Below, one piece after another: positions 29,232-39,192 of a stretch of 64,000 bases of DNA. Numbering within the stretch: the first letter of the stretch is position 1; each line of letters starts with the position of its first letter. The notes beneath the pieces were generated by a model, which saw only the letters and a program-made list of their open reading frames with translations, did not search any database and had not been told where the DNA came from. This stretch comes from an uncultured virus (IMG/VR IMGVR_UViG_3300049793_000365). Lineage: Duplodnaviria > Heunggongvirae > Uroviricota > Caudoviricetes. The position numbers were made by a program, and so were the translations under genes. The stretch is from IMG/VR virus record IMGVR_UViG_3300049793_000365. One strand, 5' to 3'.

Positions 29232-29412
29232 TAATGATAATCACACCAATGTTAATTATAATTGTTGGTATTGCTGAAATGTGTATTCCGTAAATAAGAA
29301 ACATAATACAACCAAGTATATTAAGCATTCTGAGCTTCTTTATATCTTTCATAAGAAAGGATATAAAGACAACAAGTGCGGCTCCGTAGCCGAATAAATC
29401 CATAAAATTCAT
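29194..29412 (-). CDS. YgjV-like small inner-membrane protein
   Basis: GYGAALVVFISFLMKDIKKLRMLNILGCIMFLIYG; three TMs. Confidence 0.65.
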   Translation of the reverse strand: MNFMDLFGYGAALVVFISFLMKDIKKLRMLNILGCIMFLIYGIHISAIPTIIINIGVIIINVYQLYKEKNVQ

Positions 29413-29436
29413 CTGTATTATATAGTCTGATAAAGA

Positions 29437-29844
29437 CTATGTTTTTATTCTTTTTAAAGAAACCAATACCGTATCACCTATTGATTTAGAGCCATCATTG
29501 TGGTAGAATATACAGTTTGGTTCATAGCTCATTGTCTCGTAAGTGAATCCAAGATGTTTAGCTTTACTTATTCCTTTAACTAAAAGAGGTCGAAGTGTTG
29601 AGTTATATACTGATTTATTATCATAACCAGAAAGTAGAAAATTTATATAAATTAAATCTGCCTTATCAATGGTCATTCCAGAATCATATTCTTTACCATA
29701 TTCATAAACATAACCATCCACTTTATATGAAAATGCCCACTCAGATACATCAACATCATCGATTACCTCTGAAAAGATATACTCAATATCGCTATTCAAA
29801 GAAACTGACTCAGTAATAAGTTTGAATGATTTAATGTGTTTCAT
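29437..29844 (-). CDS. leader-bearing protein
   Basis: TAATATATA upstream; MKHIKSFKLITES. Confidence 0.7.
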   Translation of the reverse strand: MKHIKSFKLITESVSLNSDIEYIFSEVIDDVDVSEWAFSYKVDGYVYEYGKEYDSGMTIDKADLIYINFLLSGYDNKSVYNSTLRPLLVKGISKAKHLGFTYETMSYEPNCIFYHNDGSKSIGDTVLVSLKRIKT

Positions 29845-29890
29845 AATGTATATATTACAAAACTTGTTGTGACTTTATGAATATAAAAAG

Positions 29891-29966
29891 TCGCTTAAGG
29901 ACTCGACCTACCCTCGCCTATACTATCTAATATAGCAAGCGCAAATTGGGTAGGCACCTTGGGCAA
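29891..29966 (+). ncRNA. candidate small RNA, long interrupted hairpin
   Basis: Nested stems GCTTAAGG/CCTTGGGC, CCTACCC/GGGTAGG, CGC/GCG, CTATA/TATAG; GC-rich; directly after AAACTT-N16-TATAAA. Confidence 0.6.
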
Positions 29967-29967
29967 T

Positions 29968-30408
29968 TTACTTTAGAATTTTATTAAGATAATTATCGCG
30001 CAAATCACTTTTGGTGTAGAAATTATCTTCAATTAAGTTGACTGTACTATCAAACTTAGAAGTTCCGTATTTTTCAATTAATTCTTCTCTTGTTAATATA
30101 CAATATGTATTATTGTGACCATCATCACCTAAGATGCTAACCATTGGTATCATTACATTTATGGTATATAATCTTTTCACATCTTTATGTGACATATAAC
30201 CTGGGATTACTGATGGCAATTGGTCTTCCGTGTAACCTTCTCTTATTTGCTTTATACTACCAGATATCAAAGCTATTTTTTCATAGTACTTCTCATAGTT
30301 TGTTATGAGAGTATATTGTCTCTCTTCAATCGGTCCATGTACATACTCTTTGCCTTCTTCATAGACAACACCCCAATATACTTCTTTTGTTTTAAAGCAT
30401 TTTAACAT
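29968..30408 (-). CDS. hypothetical protein, tagged (start moved to MLKCF)
   Basis: YEEGKEY...NFYTKSDLRDNYLNKILK. Confidence 0.7.
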   Translation of the reverse strand: MLKCFKTKEVYWGVVYEEGKEYVHGPIEERQYTLITNYEKYYEKIALISGSIKQIREGYTEDQLPSVIPGYMSHKDVKRLYTINVMIPMVSILGDDGHNNTYCILTREELIEKYGTSKFDSTVNLIEDNFYTKSDLRDNYLNKILK

Positions 30409-30536
30409 ACAAAGGCTAATGCTATTAATCCGGCAGTTATGATTAAAATACAAGCCAAATATATGTTGGCTTTTCTTCTGGAAGTCTCGGCTTGCTTGCC
30501 GTAATATTCCGCCTGTTTTTGTAGAAAGTCTTTCAT
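30402..30536 (-). CDS. 44-aa membrane peptide (not in ORF track)
   Basis: MKDFLQKQAEYY...LACILIITAGLIALAFVC; TAACTTTG 4 nt before ATG. Confidence 0.6.
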   Translation of the reverse strand: MKDFLQKQAEYYGKQAETSRRKANIYLACILIITAGLIALAFVC

Positions 30537-30592
30537 ATTACAAAGTTAGGAATATTTTTTAATTTGTCCAAAATATTTCATATATTTGTAAT

Positions 30593-31018
30593 ATGGATAT
30601 TGATAAAATCATAATAACAGTGCTATCGTATAAGAAGGTTCAGTTAAGCTATACGCTTCCTATATACATGATTAACGTACATAATAATACTAAAACTCTC
30701 ATCGAAACAAAGAATATCACAATTCGGTACCAAAAGAATATTGTGAAGACAAGGGCTATCAAGGGTATATCTAAAGGTAAGAAGAAAGAGCAATATCAAT
30801 TAATTAGTATTGGTACAATAATACAAGACACCGGATTCAGAAATAAAGTAGGTAAAGTATCACCAACTGGTAGAAGTTTTTCTCAAATTGATCCTTTTTA
30901 TGAAACTGGCGTTTGTATAGAAGACTATTACTTCAATAAAGTGCTTAAAGAAGTTCATGTTTTTGATGGAAAATATCTTATGAATTTCAGAGATAAGAAA
31001 CTATCAGAATTACTATGA
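30593..31018 (+). CDS. hypothetical protein, tagged
   Basis: TATATTTG upstream; ends RDKKLSELL. Confidence 0.75.
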   Translation: MDIDKIIITVLSYKKVQLSYTLPIYMINVHNNTKTLIETKNITIRYQKNIVKTRAIKGISKGKKKEQYQLISIGTIIQDTGFRNKVGKVSPTGRSFSQIDPFYETGVCIEDYYFNKVLKEVHVFDGKYLMNFRDKKLSELL

Positions 31019-31320
31019 CAGATGATGTTAAGAAACTTATTGGTTATTACGAACCAGAATTTAATATAGATGATGAAGTCATATTTATAACAAAACGAAG
31101 TTCTATTTATGATAATTTAAATCTATATGGAAAAGAAGGTATCATCACCCGTCAAATACCAGTATTAGCTGACGATGAACATTTTTGGTTTTGGGATTAT
31201 GATATAAAATGGCACATGAATGGTGAGCTTAAAAATTGTAGCCCTTGGCATATAGAACCAACCGAAAGACAAAAGAGAGATAAACAAATTAATAATATCA
31301 CAAATGACGCTGAAAAATAA
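31015..31320 (+). CDS. hypothetical protein, tagged
   Basis: RDKQINNIT. Confidence 0.7.
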   Translation: MTDDVKKLIGYYEPEFNIDDEVIFITKRSSIYDNLNLYGKEGIITRQIPVLADDEHFWFWDYDIKWHMNGELKNCSPWHIEPTERQKRDKQINNITNDAEK

Positions 31321-31666
31321 AATAAACTGTATTTTCACTAAGATAATGGCACTATTACTAACAATGGCTTCCTTGTCTTATACACCATACGTGATATTAG
31401 TGGATAACGTAGAGCCTACATTGAGTAATGTGTTAATGTCACTTTTTATATCCAGTATGTTCTTTATTATTGGTTTTGGATTATTAATAAAAACAAATAA
31501 TCCAGCTTATCGCTGGAATATATTTACATTGGATCCTTCTTGGGTTGGTAAAATGGAGAAGTCTTTAGATGAAGCACCTGGTCAAATATTTGAATTTAAT
31601 CAACCAACTAAAGACCAATTACGTGATAAAAAGCTAAAAGAAATTTTACGCGGTGATAAATCTTAA
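31304..31666 (+). CDS. two-TM membrane protein, tagged
   Basis: RDKKLKEIL. Confidence 0.7.
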   Translation: MTLKNKINCIFTKIMALLLTMASLSYTPYVILVDNVEPTLSNVLMSLFISSMFFIIGFGLLIKTNNPAYRWNIFTLDPSWVGKMEKSLDEAPGQIFEFNQPTKDQLRDKKLKEILRGDKS

Positions 31667-31859
31667 AGAATTACGTAAACTCATTAAACGACACGAAAAG
31701 ATTAATAAGTGTATTGAAGAAGGCAAACCGATTCCTAAATACTTATCAAAGAACTTCGTAACATTCCCATTAACTTTATGTCCTGATTGTTGGGGTGAAT
31801 TTGGTAACACCCAATCAACCTGTAAAACTTGTAAGGGTACTGGTGAAATTAAGGATTAA
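31653..31859 (+). CDS. small zinc-finger protein
   Basis: CPDCWG...CKTCKGTG. Confidence 0.65.
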   Translation: MINLKELRKLIKRHEKINKCIEEGKPIPKYLSKNFVTFPLTLCPDCWGEFGNTQSTCKTCKGTGEIKD

Positions 31860-32121
31860 TAACACGAACATTGTTCGATAAAGGTCCTAAATCACTGTCT
31901 CTTGATGTAGAAGCAGTAGCAACTAATAATAAATTAGTCAATGCCTCATTATACGATGAACCAGTAGCAGACAGACTAACCTCAGGCATAACAGCCACAA
32001 AATAATCACCAGAGTAAGTATAAGCAGAATATGTTCCATAAGCAGCCGCATAAGACTGTGTTCTACCTGTTGCTCTAAGAGGTACGTGCTGGATTGTTAC
32101 TAAATACTGAGGGTTTGTCAT
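31849..32121 (-). CDS. small protein under putative late promoter
   Basis: TAATATATA upstream; Ala/Ser/Thr/Tyr-rich. Confidence 0.6.
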   Translation of the reverse strand: MTNPQYLVTIQHVPLRATGRTQSYAAAYGTYSAYTYSGDYFVAVMPEVSLSATGSSYNEALTNLLLVATASTSRDSDLGPLSNNVRVINP

Positions 32122-32151
32122 AATTTCTATTTTATTTACCTTATATATTAA

Positions 32152-32183
32152 TTTGCAAATGAGATATTTCTATCCTATATTTG
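32152..32183 (+). promoter_or_regulatory. Bacteroidota-type promoter
   Basis: TTTG-N20-TATATTTG, ATG at 32188. Confidence 0.75.
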
Positions 32184-32187
32184 TTTT

Positions 32188-32445
32188 ATGAAAGTATTTA
32201 AGAAAATCGACACTAATCGAAATCAATATCAAGAAGTTATGTACAAGATGTACAAGGATGAAACTAAACTATCAATCTCTGTTATTCTTGTGGTAGTTGC
32301 TTGTACGGTATACATTAGTATAATTGGAGATAGTCTTACTCATACATTTACGTTATCAATGATTGGATTTCAAATTCTTGTTTATTGTAAGTATTTATAT
32401 GACCGCAGAAAGAAACTTCTTGAACAAATAGAGGCTTTTAAATAA
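32188..32445 (+). CDS. two-TM membrane protein
   Basis: Two hydrophobic segments. Confidence 0.7.
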   Translation: MKVFKKIDTNRNQYQEVMYKMYKDETKLSISVILVVVACTVYISIIGDSLTHTFTLSMIGFQILVYCKYLYDRRKKLLEQIEAFK

Positions 32446-32942
32446 TGGTTTACTTACTGGACTGTATAGGTAATATGATAGTACATTCATATGGATTCAC
32501 TGAGCAATTTGATACTGTTCCATTGAGTCGTTATGAAGAGCGAAAAGAATCCTTCTATCAAATAGTAGAGGTTATTTGCTGGAGAATAACAACCAGTAAA
32601 AAATGGTCAAATTACCTAAGACGTAGATTCCCAGTAAAAACTAAGAATATTGACTATGAAAACATCCGTGTACTGAATAGAAGATTCAATGGTGGTAATT
32701 GTCAAATCGGAATAACACTAAAGGATGATACATCAGATATATCAAGCGTAAGCCCCTATCCATCGTACTATCGATTCGATAATATGAGACCACACATAGC
32801 TATATACTATAATAACCGAGTTATTTCTGAGTTTTTCGTAGAATCGCCAAATGAATTAGATAATAAAATCTGTGAGATATCCAAATACATTCCAGATTTC
32901 AAATCAGATGTCCGAAATCATAAACTTGATATGTTGGTATGA
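32445..32942 (+). CDS. hypothetical protein, tagged
   Basis: Ends RNHKLDMLV. Confidence 0.7.
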   Translation: MVYLLDCIGNMIVHSYGFTEQFDTVPLSRYEERKESFYQIVEVICWRITTSKKWSNYLRRRFPVKTKNIDYENIRVLNRRFNGGNCQIGITLKDDTSDISSVSPYPSYYRFDNMRPHIAIYYNNRVISEFFVESPNELDNKICEISKYIPDFKSDVRNHKLDMLV

Positions 32943-33247
32943 AGCAAGTAGATTTTATAATAGCATATTTTAATCATCTGAAATATCATTTCAAAGATGA
33001 AAAGTCAGGGTGGAATTCACCATCAAATACATTATGTTATACTGATAATAATGGTCAGGATATAGATGTGATGTTTAATCGCGAAACAGAGGTTGTATTT
33101 TTAATAAAAATTAAAAAGTTTACTCATGTACATGGTTGGACAGAGGAAACTATATTCAGTGGATCATTTGACCAGTTTATAGAATATAGCAATGAATCCG
33201 ACATCAGAGATTTCAAGTTAGTATATTTGATGGATATCACATCATAA
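32939..33247 (+). CDS. hypothetical protein, tagged
   Basis: RDFKLVYLM. Confidence 0.7.
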   Translation: MKQVDFIIAYFNHLKYHFKDEKSGWNSPSNTLCYTDNNGQDIDVMFNRETEVVFLIKIKKFTHVHGWTEETIFSGSFDQFIEYSNESDIRDFKLVYLMDITS

Positions 33248-33257
33248 TATATACATT

Positions 33258-33953
33258 ATGAAATACCTCAAACGATTTAATGAATCACTAAAAGAAGATG
33301 ATGTGAAAACAGCCATGCAGGCATTATCTGACACATTTGACTTCGACCTGGCTTTCAACAACACAAAGGATAGGGCAGTTTGTCATTCAACTGATTCGTT
33401 TGATATCAATGAAAATTTCATACGCGAAATTCATAAACTAAATGCTAAATTAAAATCAATGGGCTATGAATCATCAGCTATCATTGTATTTAATTCTTCT
33501 GGTAAAACCCAAACTATTAAATCAACTGATAATTTAGATGAAATAGTATCTGGTTTGTCAAAATATATTGGTTCTACTAATGTTAGAACTCTTTTGAGAA
33601 TAAAGCAGAATAGTTTAAAATCTGAACACGATAGAGTATTTGATGAAATGTGTTCTATTGTAGCGGAGTCTATTGATTATGATTACTGGGAAGACACAGA
33701 AGGTTCCTATGTTATAGGACTATATAATACCAACGGTACATTAATTGGTATGATTGAGTATCACGACAAACCGGAGGTTAATCCATTCTATTCCAACGGA
33801 GAATATCCTAATAATAAATACGTCTTTGAGATTAATGATGCAACAGAAGAAGATGGGTTCTTGGATTTAGATAATATTAGATTAGTACCAGTTATCGATG
33901 GTAAGTTCAACAGAAGGGCTTTGGAAGCTTTTCTACTCGACTTTGACGTGTAG
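33258..33953 (+). CDS. leader-bearing protein, family B N-domain
   Basis: TAATATATA upstream; MKYLKRFNES; LNAKLKSMGY. Confidence 0.7.
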   Translation: MKYLKRFNESLKEDDVKTAMQALSDTFDFDLAFNNTKDRAVCHSTDSFDINENFIREIHKLNAKLKSMGYESSAIIVFNSSGKTQTIKSTDNLDEIVSGLSKYIGSTNVRTLLRIKQNSLKSEHDRVFDEMCSIVAESIDYDYWEDTEGSYVIGLYNTNGTLIGMIEYHDKPEVNPFYSNGEYPNNKYVFEINDATEEDGFLDLDNIRLVPVIDGKFNRRALEAFLLDFDV

Positions 33954-34118
33954 TAAGATTTCTATATTACACTCTCTTAAATCGCTTATATACCGTCTCA
34001 TTTGCTCAATTTCATAGTCTGGTATATCCTTTCTTTGTAAAAGAGCATTATAGTACGCTTCCCATATCTCACCACCCTTCAACATAGCATAGTGCTTTAT
34101 AATCAAGTCATTGGTCAT
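33933..34118 (-). CDS. small hypothetical protein, tagged
   Basis: RECNIEILL. Confidence 0.55.
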   Translation of the reverse strand: MTNDLIIKHYAMLKGGEIWEAYYNALLQRKDIPDYEIEQMRRYISDLRECNIEILLHVKVE

Positions 34119-34153
34119 TTGGTTATTATAGGAATTTTCCGTATATTTGTTCT

Positions 34154-34507
34154 ATGATTACCAAGCTAAAGCTTACCAGCATTCAGGGTTATCTACTTGA
34201 ATCATATATTTTTGATTTATGTAATGTATGTATCGATAGAGATTATACTACTACCGAATTACAAGAGTTTGATGAGAGTGACCAACTCAGAATAGCTATT
34301 TATAAGAAGTACTCTAAGCTAACTTTAACTGATTTAACGGAAGAAGAGTTAAACTATGTCTCCGGTGAGATTAATCATTTCATGTTCGGTGGATTCGAAA
34401 GAGAAAGAAGAGATAGAATAAGCGGAAGCGCATTAATTAAGAAGATTGATAAGCTATTCGATAAAGAATACCAGCGAAATAAAGCGATAGATTCTATATT
34501 GGGCTAA
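34154..34507 (+). CDS. hypothetical protein, tagged
   Basis: TATATTTG upstream; ends RNKAIDSILG. Confidence 0.75.
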   Translation: MITKLKLTSIQGYLLESYIFDLCNVCIDRDYTTTELQEFDESDQLRIAIYKKYSKLTLTDLTEEELNYVSGEINHFMFGGFERERRDRISGSALIKKIDKLFDKEYQRNKAIDSILG

Positions 34508-34535
34508 ATCATTAATTATTTTTAATATATAATTA

Positions 34536-34898
34536 ATGAAGCATCTTAAACCATTCAATGAAAATTTTGACAGAAAGCTATTTGGAAATAAACACTTCCA
34601 GGAAATATTCTACGAGGTTGAAGATGTATTCGGTGCTAACATAAAGACCGAGTTTAATGATATGTATTACTTCATAACTCTTGAATACCCAGAGAATGAA
34701 TTTAATATATTCCAAACACATTCTACTGATACAATAGACACTCAACTAAGTCTATTAGAACAATTAAGAGAAATAATAATTTCTTCTAAGAAAATACTTA
34801 TGAAGTTACAATCAGAAGATTATGAAGCTACCTATAAAATAGATAATGGTAAAAGCTTCTCTGTTACATTCTGGATTAAGAGAGATTTCGAGGATTAA
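34536..34898 (+). CDS. leader-bearing protein, family A
   Basis: MKHLKPFNEN; KKILMKLQSEDY. Confidence 0.7.
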   Translation: MKHLKPFNENFDRKLFGNKHFQEIFYEVEDVFGANIKTEFNDMYYFITLEYPENEFNIFQTHSTDTIDTQLSLLEQLREIIISSKKILMKLQSEDYEATYKIDNGKSFSVTFWIKRDFED

Positions 34899-34921
34899 TA
34901 TCTGGATAATATTCCATATAT

Positions 34922-35188
34922 TTGCTATTATTGGAAACTGAATATAAATATTGGGAAGTTTGGTATATCTCATGTGAGAGCAACGAACGCTGGTTAATCG
35001 TCAAAACACCATCAGACTGGGAAGAGTATGATGTGGAGAATAGATTACCATTAGGTGGTTGTGGTGATGATATAGCAGAAGTGACCACAATACAAGAAAG
35101 TAGTAATGGAGATTATTCTTGGGATTTATGCGACTATAAATCAGCAGAAGAAATCCGCGATGATAAATTAGAAGATTTATTAAACTAA
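34922..35188 (+). CDS. acidic hypothetical protein, tagged
   Basis: Ends RDDKLEDLLN. Confidence 0.7.
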   Translation: MLLLETEYKYWEVWYISCESNERWLIVKTPSDWEEYDVENRLPLGGCGDDIAEVTTIQESSNGDYSWDLCDYKSAEEIRDDKLEDLLN

Positions 35189-35484
35189 TTATTCATAGCT
35201 TTGGCTCTCTCGATTTCCTTTGCTTGGCTCAGTGACCATTTTGTAACACTTTTAACTGGTCTGTTATTATACAAACCACTTCTTTCAATCTCGGAAATTA
35301 TATTATCAACTTCAACTTCAGTGTTAAATTCCCTATACCAACTATCTTGCGACCATGATTTAGGTAAATCATCATTATCTTCTTGATAGATAATGGCAAG
35401 CCAGTTCTTAGGCTCTTCTTCGTTATATTTTTCCAATTGTTTTGTTAAATTTTCAACCATTTCGATTTGCTTTAAAAAATCCAA
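35185..35484 (-). CDS. hypothetical protein
   Basis: ORF in minus-strand run. Confidence 0.6.
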   Translation of the reverse strand: MDFLKQIEMVENLTKQLEKYNEEEPKNWLAIIYQEDNDDLPKSWSQDSWYREFNTEVEVDNIISEIERSGLYNNRPVKSVTKWSLSQAKEIERAKAMNN

Positions 35485-35707
35485 AATAGATAGCTATTAC
35501 AATGGCAGGCGGAATCATTGCGGCTATACTACAAAATACAACACCTTGTGTTCCTTCATCAATGTAGTTATCGATAAAAATTTCTTTGACTCTATTAAAA
35601 AATATCAATTCGAGTAGACACAGTATAACTGCGATACCAAAGGCGAAAAAGAAGAATTTATTCGCCATGTAGGTTTTATTTTGCTTTATCTTATCTAATA
35701 TATTCAT
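35453..35707 (-). CDS. two-TM membrane protein under putative late promoter
   Basis: TAATATATA 4 nt before ATG; two TMs. Confidence 0.6.
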   Translation of the reverse strand: MNILDKIKQNKTYMANKFFFFAFGIAVILCLLELIFFNRVKEIFIDNYIDEGTQGVVFCSIAAMIPPAIVIAIYFGFFKANRNG

Positions 35708-35722
35708 GTTCTATATATTAAA

Positions 35723-36019
35723 TTAAGAATTGGTACTTGACTCGTAATATGCTTTATATTCTTCATAGTCCCAAACGCTTATAGAGCAATCAGAATCATC
35801 TTTAGCAGTCCAGTGCCAGTAGGTTTCATCCTCAGTATCTTTATCTGAAAGTAAGTAATAATTACCCTCGTTCATACCAAGCAGAATGTTGTTATCTGGG
35901 TACATCATACCCCCTGAGTAGCAACATATTTCTACTTCTACTCTTTTACCAATAAAGTTTTTGAAATTATCAAATGTTATAGATGTGACTTTTCCCATAT
36001 TTTCAGTAATTAATACCAA
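35723..36019 (-). CDS. hypothetical protein
   Basis: 98 aa ORF. Confidence 0.6.
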   Translation of the reverse strand: MVLITENMGKVTSITFDNFKNFIGKRVEVEICCYSGGMMYPDNNILLGMNEGNYYLLSDKDTEDETYWHWTAKDDSDCSISVWDYEEYKAYYESSTNS

Positions 36020-36038
36020 TATATGGTTAAATGATTAG

Positions 36039-36242
36039 TTAGTTGTCTTCTAAATCGTAGAAGTAGTCCTTATCGAAGTCAAGTTGTTCCGGATTTTTAA
36101 CTTTCTTACCATAGCATTTACCACCCTTAGTGCCTTTATAACCAAGACAAATGCAGTGTTTAGCAAAAGAACCAATTTTTCTTTTGGATTTTTTAGCACC
36201 CTTTGTGTATTTAAGCTCTTCGAATGTTTTTAAATGTATCAC
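36039..36242 (-). CDS. small leader-bearing basic protein
   Basis: AATATATA upstream; MIHLKTFEE. Confidence 0.65.
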   Translation of the reverse strand: MIHLKTFEELKYTKGAKKSKRKIGSFAKHCICLGYKGTKGGKCYGKKVKNPEQLDFDKDYFYDLEDN

Positions 36243-36269
36243 AATCTATATATTCTAAAAATATACTGA

Positions 36270-36701
36270 TTATTCGGTAAGTGAGCTTATCTTACGTTGT
36301 CTGACTAACATTCTTAACTCAGGAATTAAATAAAATAGTTTCTCGATGCTCTCTTCGTGATTACCAGTCACTTCTGCGGCTATATTCACATCAGAATACA
36401 TAACTCGAACATTAACTTTGGATGATTGGTCATGTGTAAACATAGATGGGTCTTTTAATTCAATCTCACACAGCCCTAATTCTAAATACTTCTTAAGCCA
36501 AATGCTACCATCTGGTCTACTCACAAGTCGTTTAATAGGTGATATCATTAATAGTAACTTAAACAACATCAAGCTTACTCTTCTTGTGAAGACATATACA
36601 TTCATTTTGTTATATTCCCAATCATCACTCGGAATTGTACATGGGGTTTCTTCAAAACCGTAGTTCTTAATTAAATAATTAGATACCTCTTCAATATTCA
36701 T
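36270..36701 (-). CDS. hypothetical protein, tagged
   Basis: TATATTTA upstream; ends RQRKISSLTE. Confidence 0.7.
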   Translation of the reverse strand: MNIEEVSNYLIKNYGFEETPCTIPSDDWEYNKMNVYVFTRRVSLMLFKLLLMISPIKRLVSRPDGSIWLKKYLELGLCEIELKDPSMFTHDQSSKVNVRVMYSDVNIAAEVTGNHEESIEKLFYLIPELRMLVRQRKISSLTE

Positions 36702-36737
36702 CCTGTAAATATATGGATAAAAATAATAAAAAGCAAA

Positions 36738-37136
36738 TTAACCCTGTGTGCTTATACGTGGTTTATGTATCGTTAATTTAGTAGTCTTAATATCATTTGA
36801 TATTATCTTAGTTCTATATCCTTCTAGTTCAAGTTTAGACATAACCTTCTTTAATGCTTTAAGAAATTCAGAATATGTTTCAGCATATTCAATTCCAACA
36901 TCTATACTAGGATAATCGGAACCCATAAATGATTCATCTTTAAGAGTAAATTCACCTCTTGTATTTATATGCTCGAATATTATTGATACCACTACAACAC
37001 CACTTTCAAAATCTCTAAAATTTCTTCCTTCATCAAATATTAATACCTCAAATCTATCTGTTATTTCAATCATTGCTTCATCGAATAATGATTTGAGATT
37101 ACTAACCGACTCGTTAAATTTTTTTATACGTTTCAT
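36738..37136 (-). CDS. leader-bearing protein, family A
   Basis: MKRIKKFNES; LKKVMSKLELEGY. Confidence 0.7.
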   Translation of the reverse strand: MKRIKKFNESVSNLKSLFDEAMIEITDRFEVLIFDEGRNFRDFESGVVVVSIIFEHINTRGEFTLKDESFMGSDYPSIDVGIEYAETYSEFLKALKKVMSKLELEGYRTKIISNDIKTTKLTIHKPRISTQG

Positions 37137-37215
37137 GTCATATATATTTGCTTAAATATTTGCAAACTCTATTTTTTGTCCATATATTTGCATACACTCT
37201 AAAATTAAAAATCAT

Positions 37216-37629
37216 ATGTTCTTTTTTCAGCAACCAAATCTATTAACTGACGAAGATGTTTTAAAATCTATCTCAGCAATGCCGCATGACGTTATCGATA
37301 TAATCGAATTATATAATATCGATGTTAAAAAATACGTCTCTTATAATTCCGGGCTTTTACAAACAGAGCCAATATTGAAGAATTATAATCTATTACCAAA
37401 TGATAGAAAAATTCTGATTGAGTATGCGATGAAACGCACAAAAGTACTCGCTAAAAAAGAAAAAGAATTATTATCTTATCTTAAGAAAGATATTGATAGT
37501 GGTGATTTCACTTTCGTACAAATGTATCACGACATGGCTATGCGATGTGATATGAGAAAGAAAGATATTGATTTATCTGACTTATATAAAGTTAAGTATC
37601 GCAAGTCAGAGAAAGTTAAAGCTAAGTAA
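37216..37629 (+). CDS. hypothetical protein
   Basis: TTTG-N20-TATATTTG at 37159-37190. Confidence 0.7.
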   Translation: MFFFQQPNLLTDEDVLKSISAMPHDVIDIIELYNIDVKKYVSYNSGLLQTEPILKNYNLLPNDRKILIEYAMKRTKVLAKKEKELLSYLKKDIDSGDFTFVQMYHDMAMRCDMRKKDIDLSDLYKVKYRKSEKVKAK

Positions 37630-38096
37630 TGTTTAAACACTTCGGATCATCAGCATTTTATAAACAGTTTGACCCTGCTCAATATGTAGAGAGGGTTAAG
37701 CTTCGCGCCTTATTAATCGAGGTTGCGTTTAAGGCTGGCTTCGAAGTGTACATGGATCTTGACTCTCAGTTGAAACTTCATCGCAAAGATGGTAAAATAA
37801 TTGAGTTCGCTAACAGAGGTGGATTTTCAGATGATGGTTATCATCTATATTCAATACGTCAATGGGCTGAATATAATCAAAACACTCCAATTGGTGAAAT
37901 GAAAAATCTATATGATAGAACTACAATGACTTCTGGTGGAAATGAAGAGACATACGGTTCTTACTGCATCTATCACGTACAAGGAGAGACAAGTGAAATG
38001 GTCAACTCACTTAAAGAACTAATATGTGAGGTCGAAAAGTTATTCAAAGATGATATCAGGGATTATAAATTAGAAAAATTTATCAATGAACATTGA
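37629..38096 (+). CDS. hypothetical protein, tagged
   Basis: RDYKLEKFI. Confidence 0.75.
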   Translation: MFKHFGSSAFYKQFDPAQYVERVKLRALLIEVAFKAGFEVYMDLDSQLKLHRKDGKIIEFANRGGFSDDGYHLYSIRQWAEYNQNTPIGEMKNLYDRTTMTSGGNEETYGSYCIYHVQGETSEMVNSLKELICEVEKLFKDDIRDYKLEKFINEH

Positions 38097-38433
38097 AGAT
38101 AAAATAAAGAACACAAACTTGAAAGTGATTGCCCGTTATAGCGGTGATAATATCACAGAAGGTGAAGTGTATGATGTAATTGATATTGAAACATTCACTC
38201 TTGAGAAGCCACACAATGGTGCCAAGACAGTCGAACGTGTTTTTATGCTACGCATTCTGATTGATGATGAAGAATATCTACTAAACCTTAATTGTTTCAA
38301 TGATTACGATGAATTAAGACGCGAGTTAAAATTACGAATGCTATCTGGTCATAGTTCTATATCAGAAAAGACATCAAAACTAACTATTAGTCAATTATTA
38401 GATTTAGTATCTGTTCGATATGGATCTGATTAA
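38086..38433 (+). CDS. hypothetical protein, sub-terminal tag
   Basis: RELKLRML. Confidence 0.65.
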   Translation: MNIEDKIKNTNLKVIARYSGDNITEGEVYDVIDIETFTLEKPHNGAKTVERVFMLRILIDDEEYLLNLNCFNDYDELRRELKLRMLSGHSSISEKTSKLTISQLLDLVSVRYGSD

Positions 38434-38469
38434 TTTGCATATCCGGATTTTTATCCGTAAATTTGTTTT

Positions 38470-39192
38470 ATGTTAAGACTCAATTTCAAAAACCCAGATA
38501 TGTTTGAATATAGATTCAAGCGCAAACCAAAAATGTGGACGCTTGAACAATTATATGATTTATGGGAACGAACTATTGAAAGAGCCGCACTTAGAGCGAT
38601 TGAACGCAATAAGATAGTTAACGATATAGTTGCTAATATACCAACAACTAAGAGATATCAAGAGGACACACATATCGTATTTTTCACACCACATCACGGT
38701 GGACATGATGGTGATAGTCTTTACTACTATTCATTCTCATATAACAAAGAGTTTGAATGCTATGCTCATAGTTCTGAGCAATATATTCCTAATAAAAACG
38801 AATTAGAGCTTCGTGATGAAAAGTTATATCAAATGTTAAATCCATTAGCATTTGAATTGGGTCAGAAATATTACGAGGCTAAGAGATTAGATACGAATCT
38901 ACAATATCGCATTCGTCATATTTTATGGGATGAAGTAGAAGAAATATTACGCGAGAAGTACAAAGGTAAAAGACCACCTGAGATTTTCACCATTGATTTA
39001 TGTGGACATAAATATTTCGTACACACTGACCCACAAAGTAGAGGTTATTGGAATAAATTCGAACTAAAAGGAGTGTGCAACTTTAATGAAACAATTTATA
39101 TAAATGAGCTAAGTGAATCTCAGAAGTCTATCAAAAAACCTGTAAAGTCTAAGAAGACCAAAGGAGATAGAACTGAAATAATGACCTCTTAG
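38470..39192 (+). CDS. hypothetical protein whose TAG stop lies inside the tRNA gene
   Basis: TTTG-N20-TAAATTTG promoter (38434-38465); internal RDEKLYQML; TAG at 39190-39192. Confidence 0.75.
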   Translation: MLRLNFKNPDMFEYRFKRKPKMWTLEQLYDLWERTIERAALRAIERNKIVNDIVANIPTTKRYQEDTHIVFFTPHHGGHDGDSLYYYSFSYNKEFECYAHSSEQYIPNKNELELRDEKLYQMLNPLAFELGQKYYEAKRLDTNLQYRIRHILWDEVEEILREKYKGKRPPEIFTIDLCGHKYFVHTDPQSRGYWNKFELKGVCNFNETIYINELSESQKSIKKPVKSKKTKGDRTEIMTS

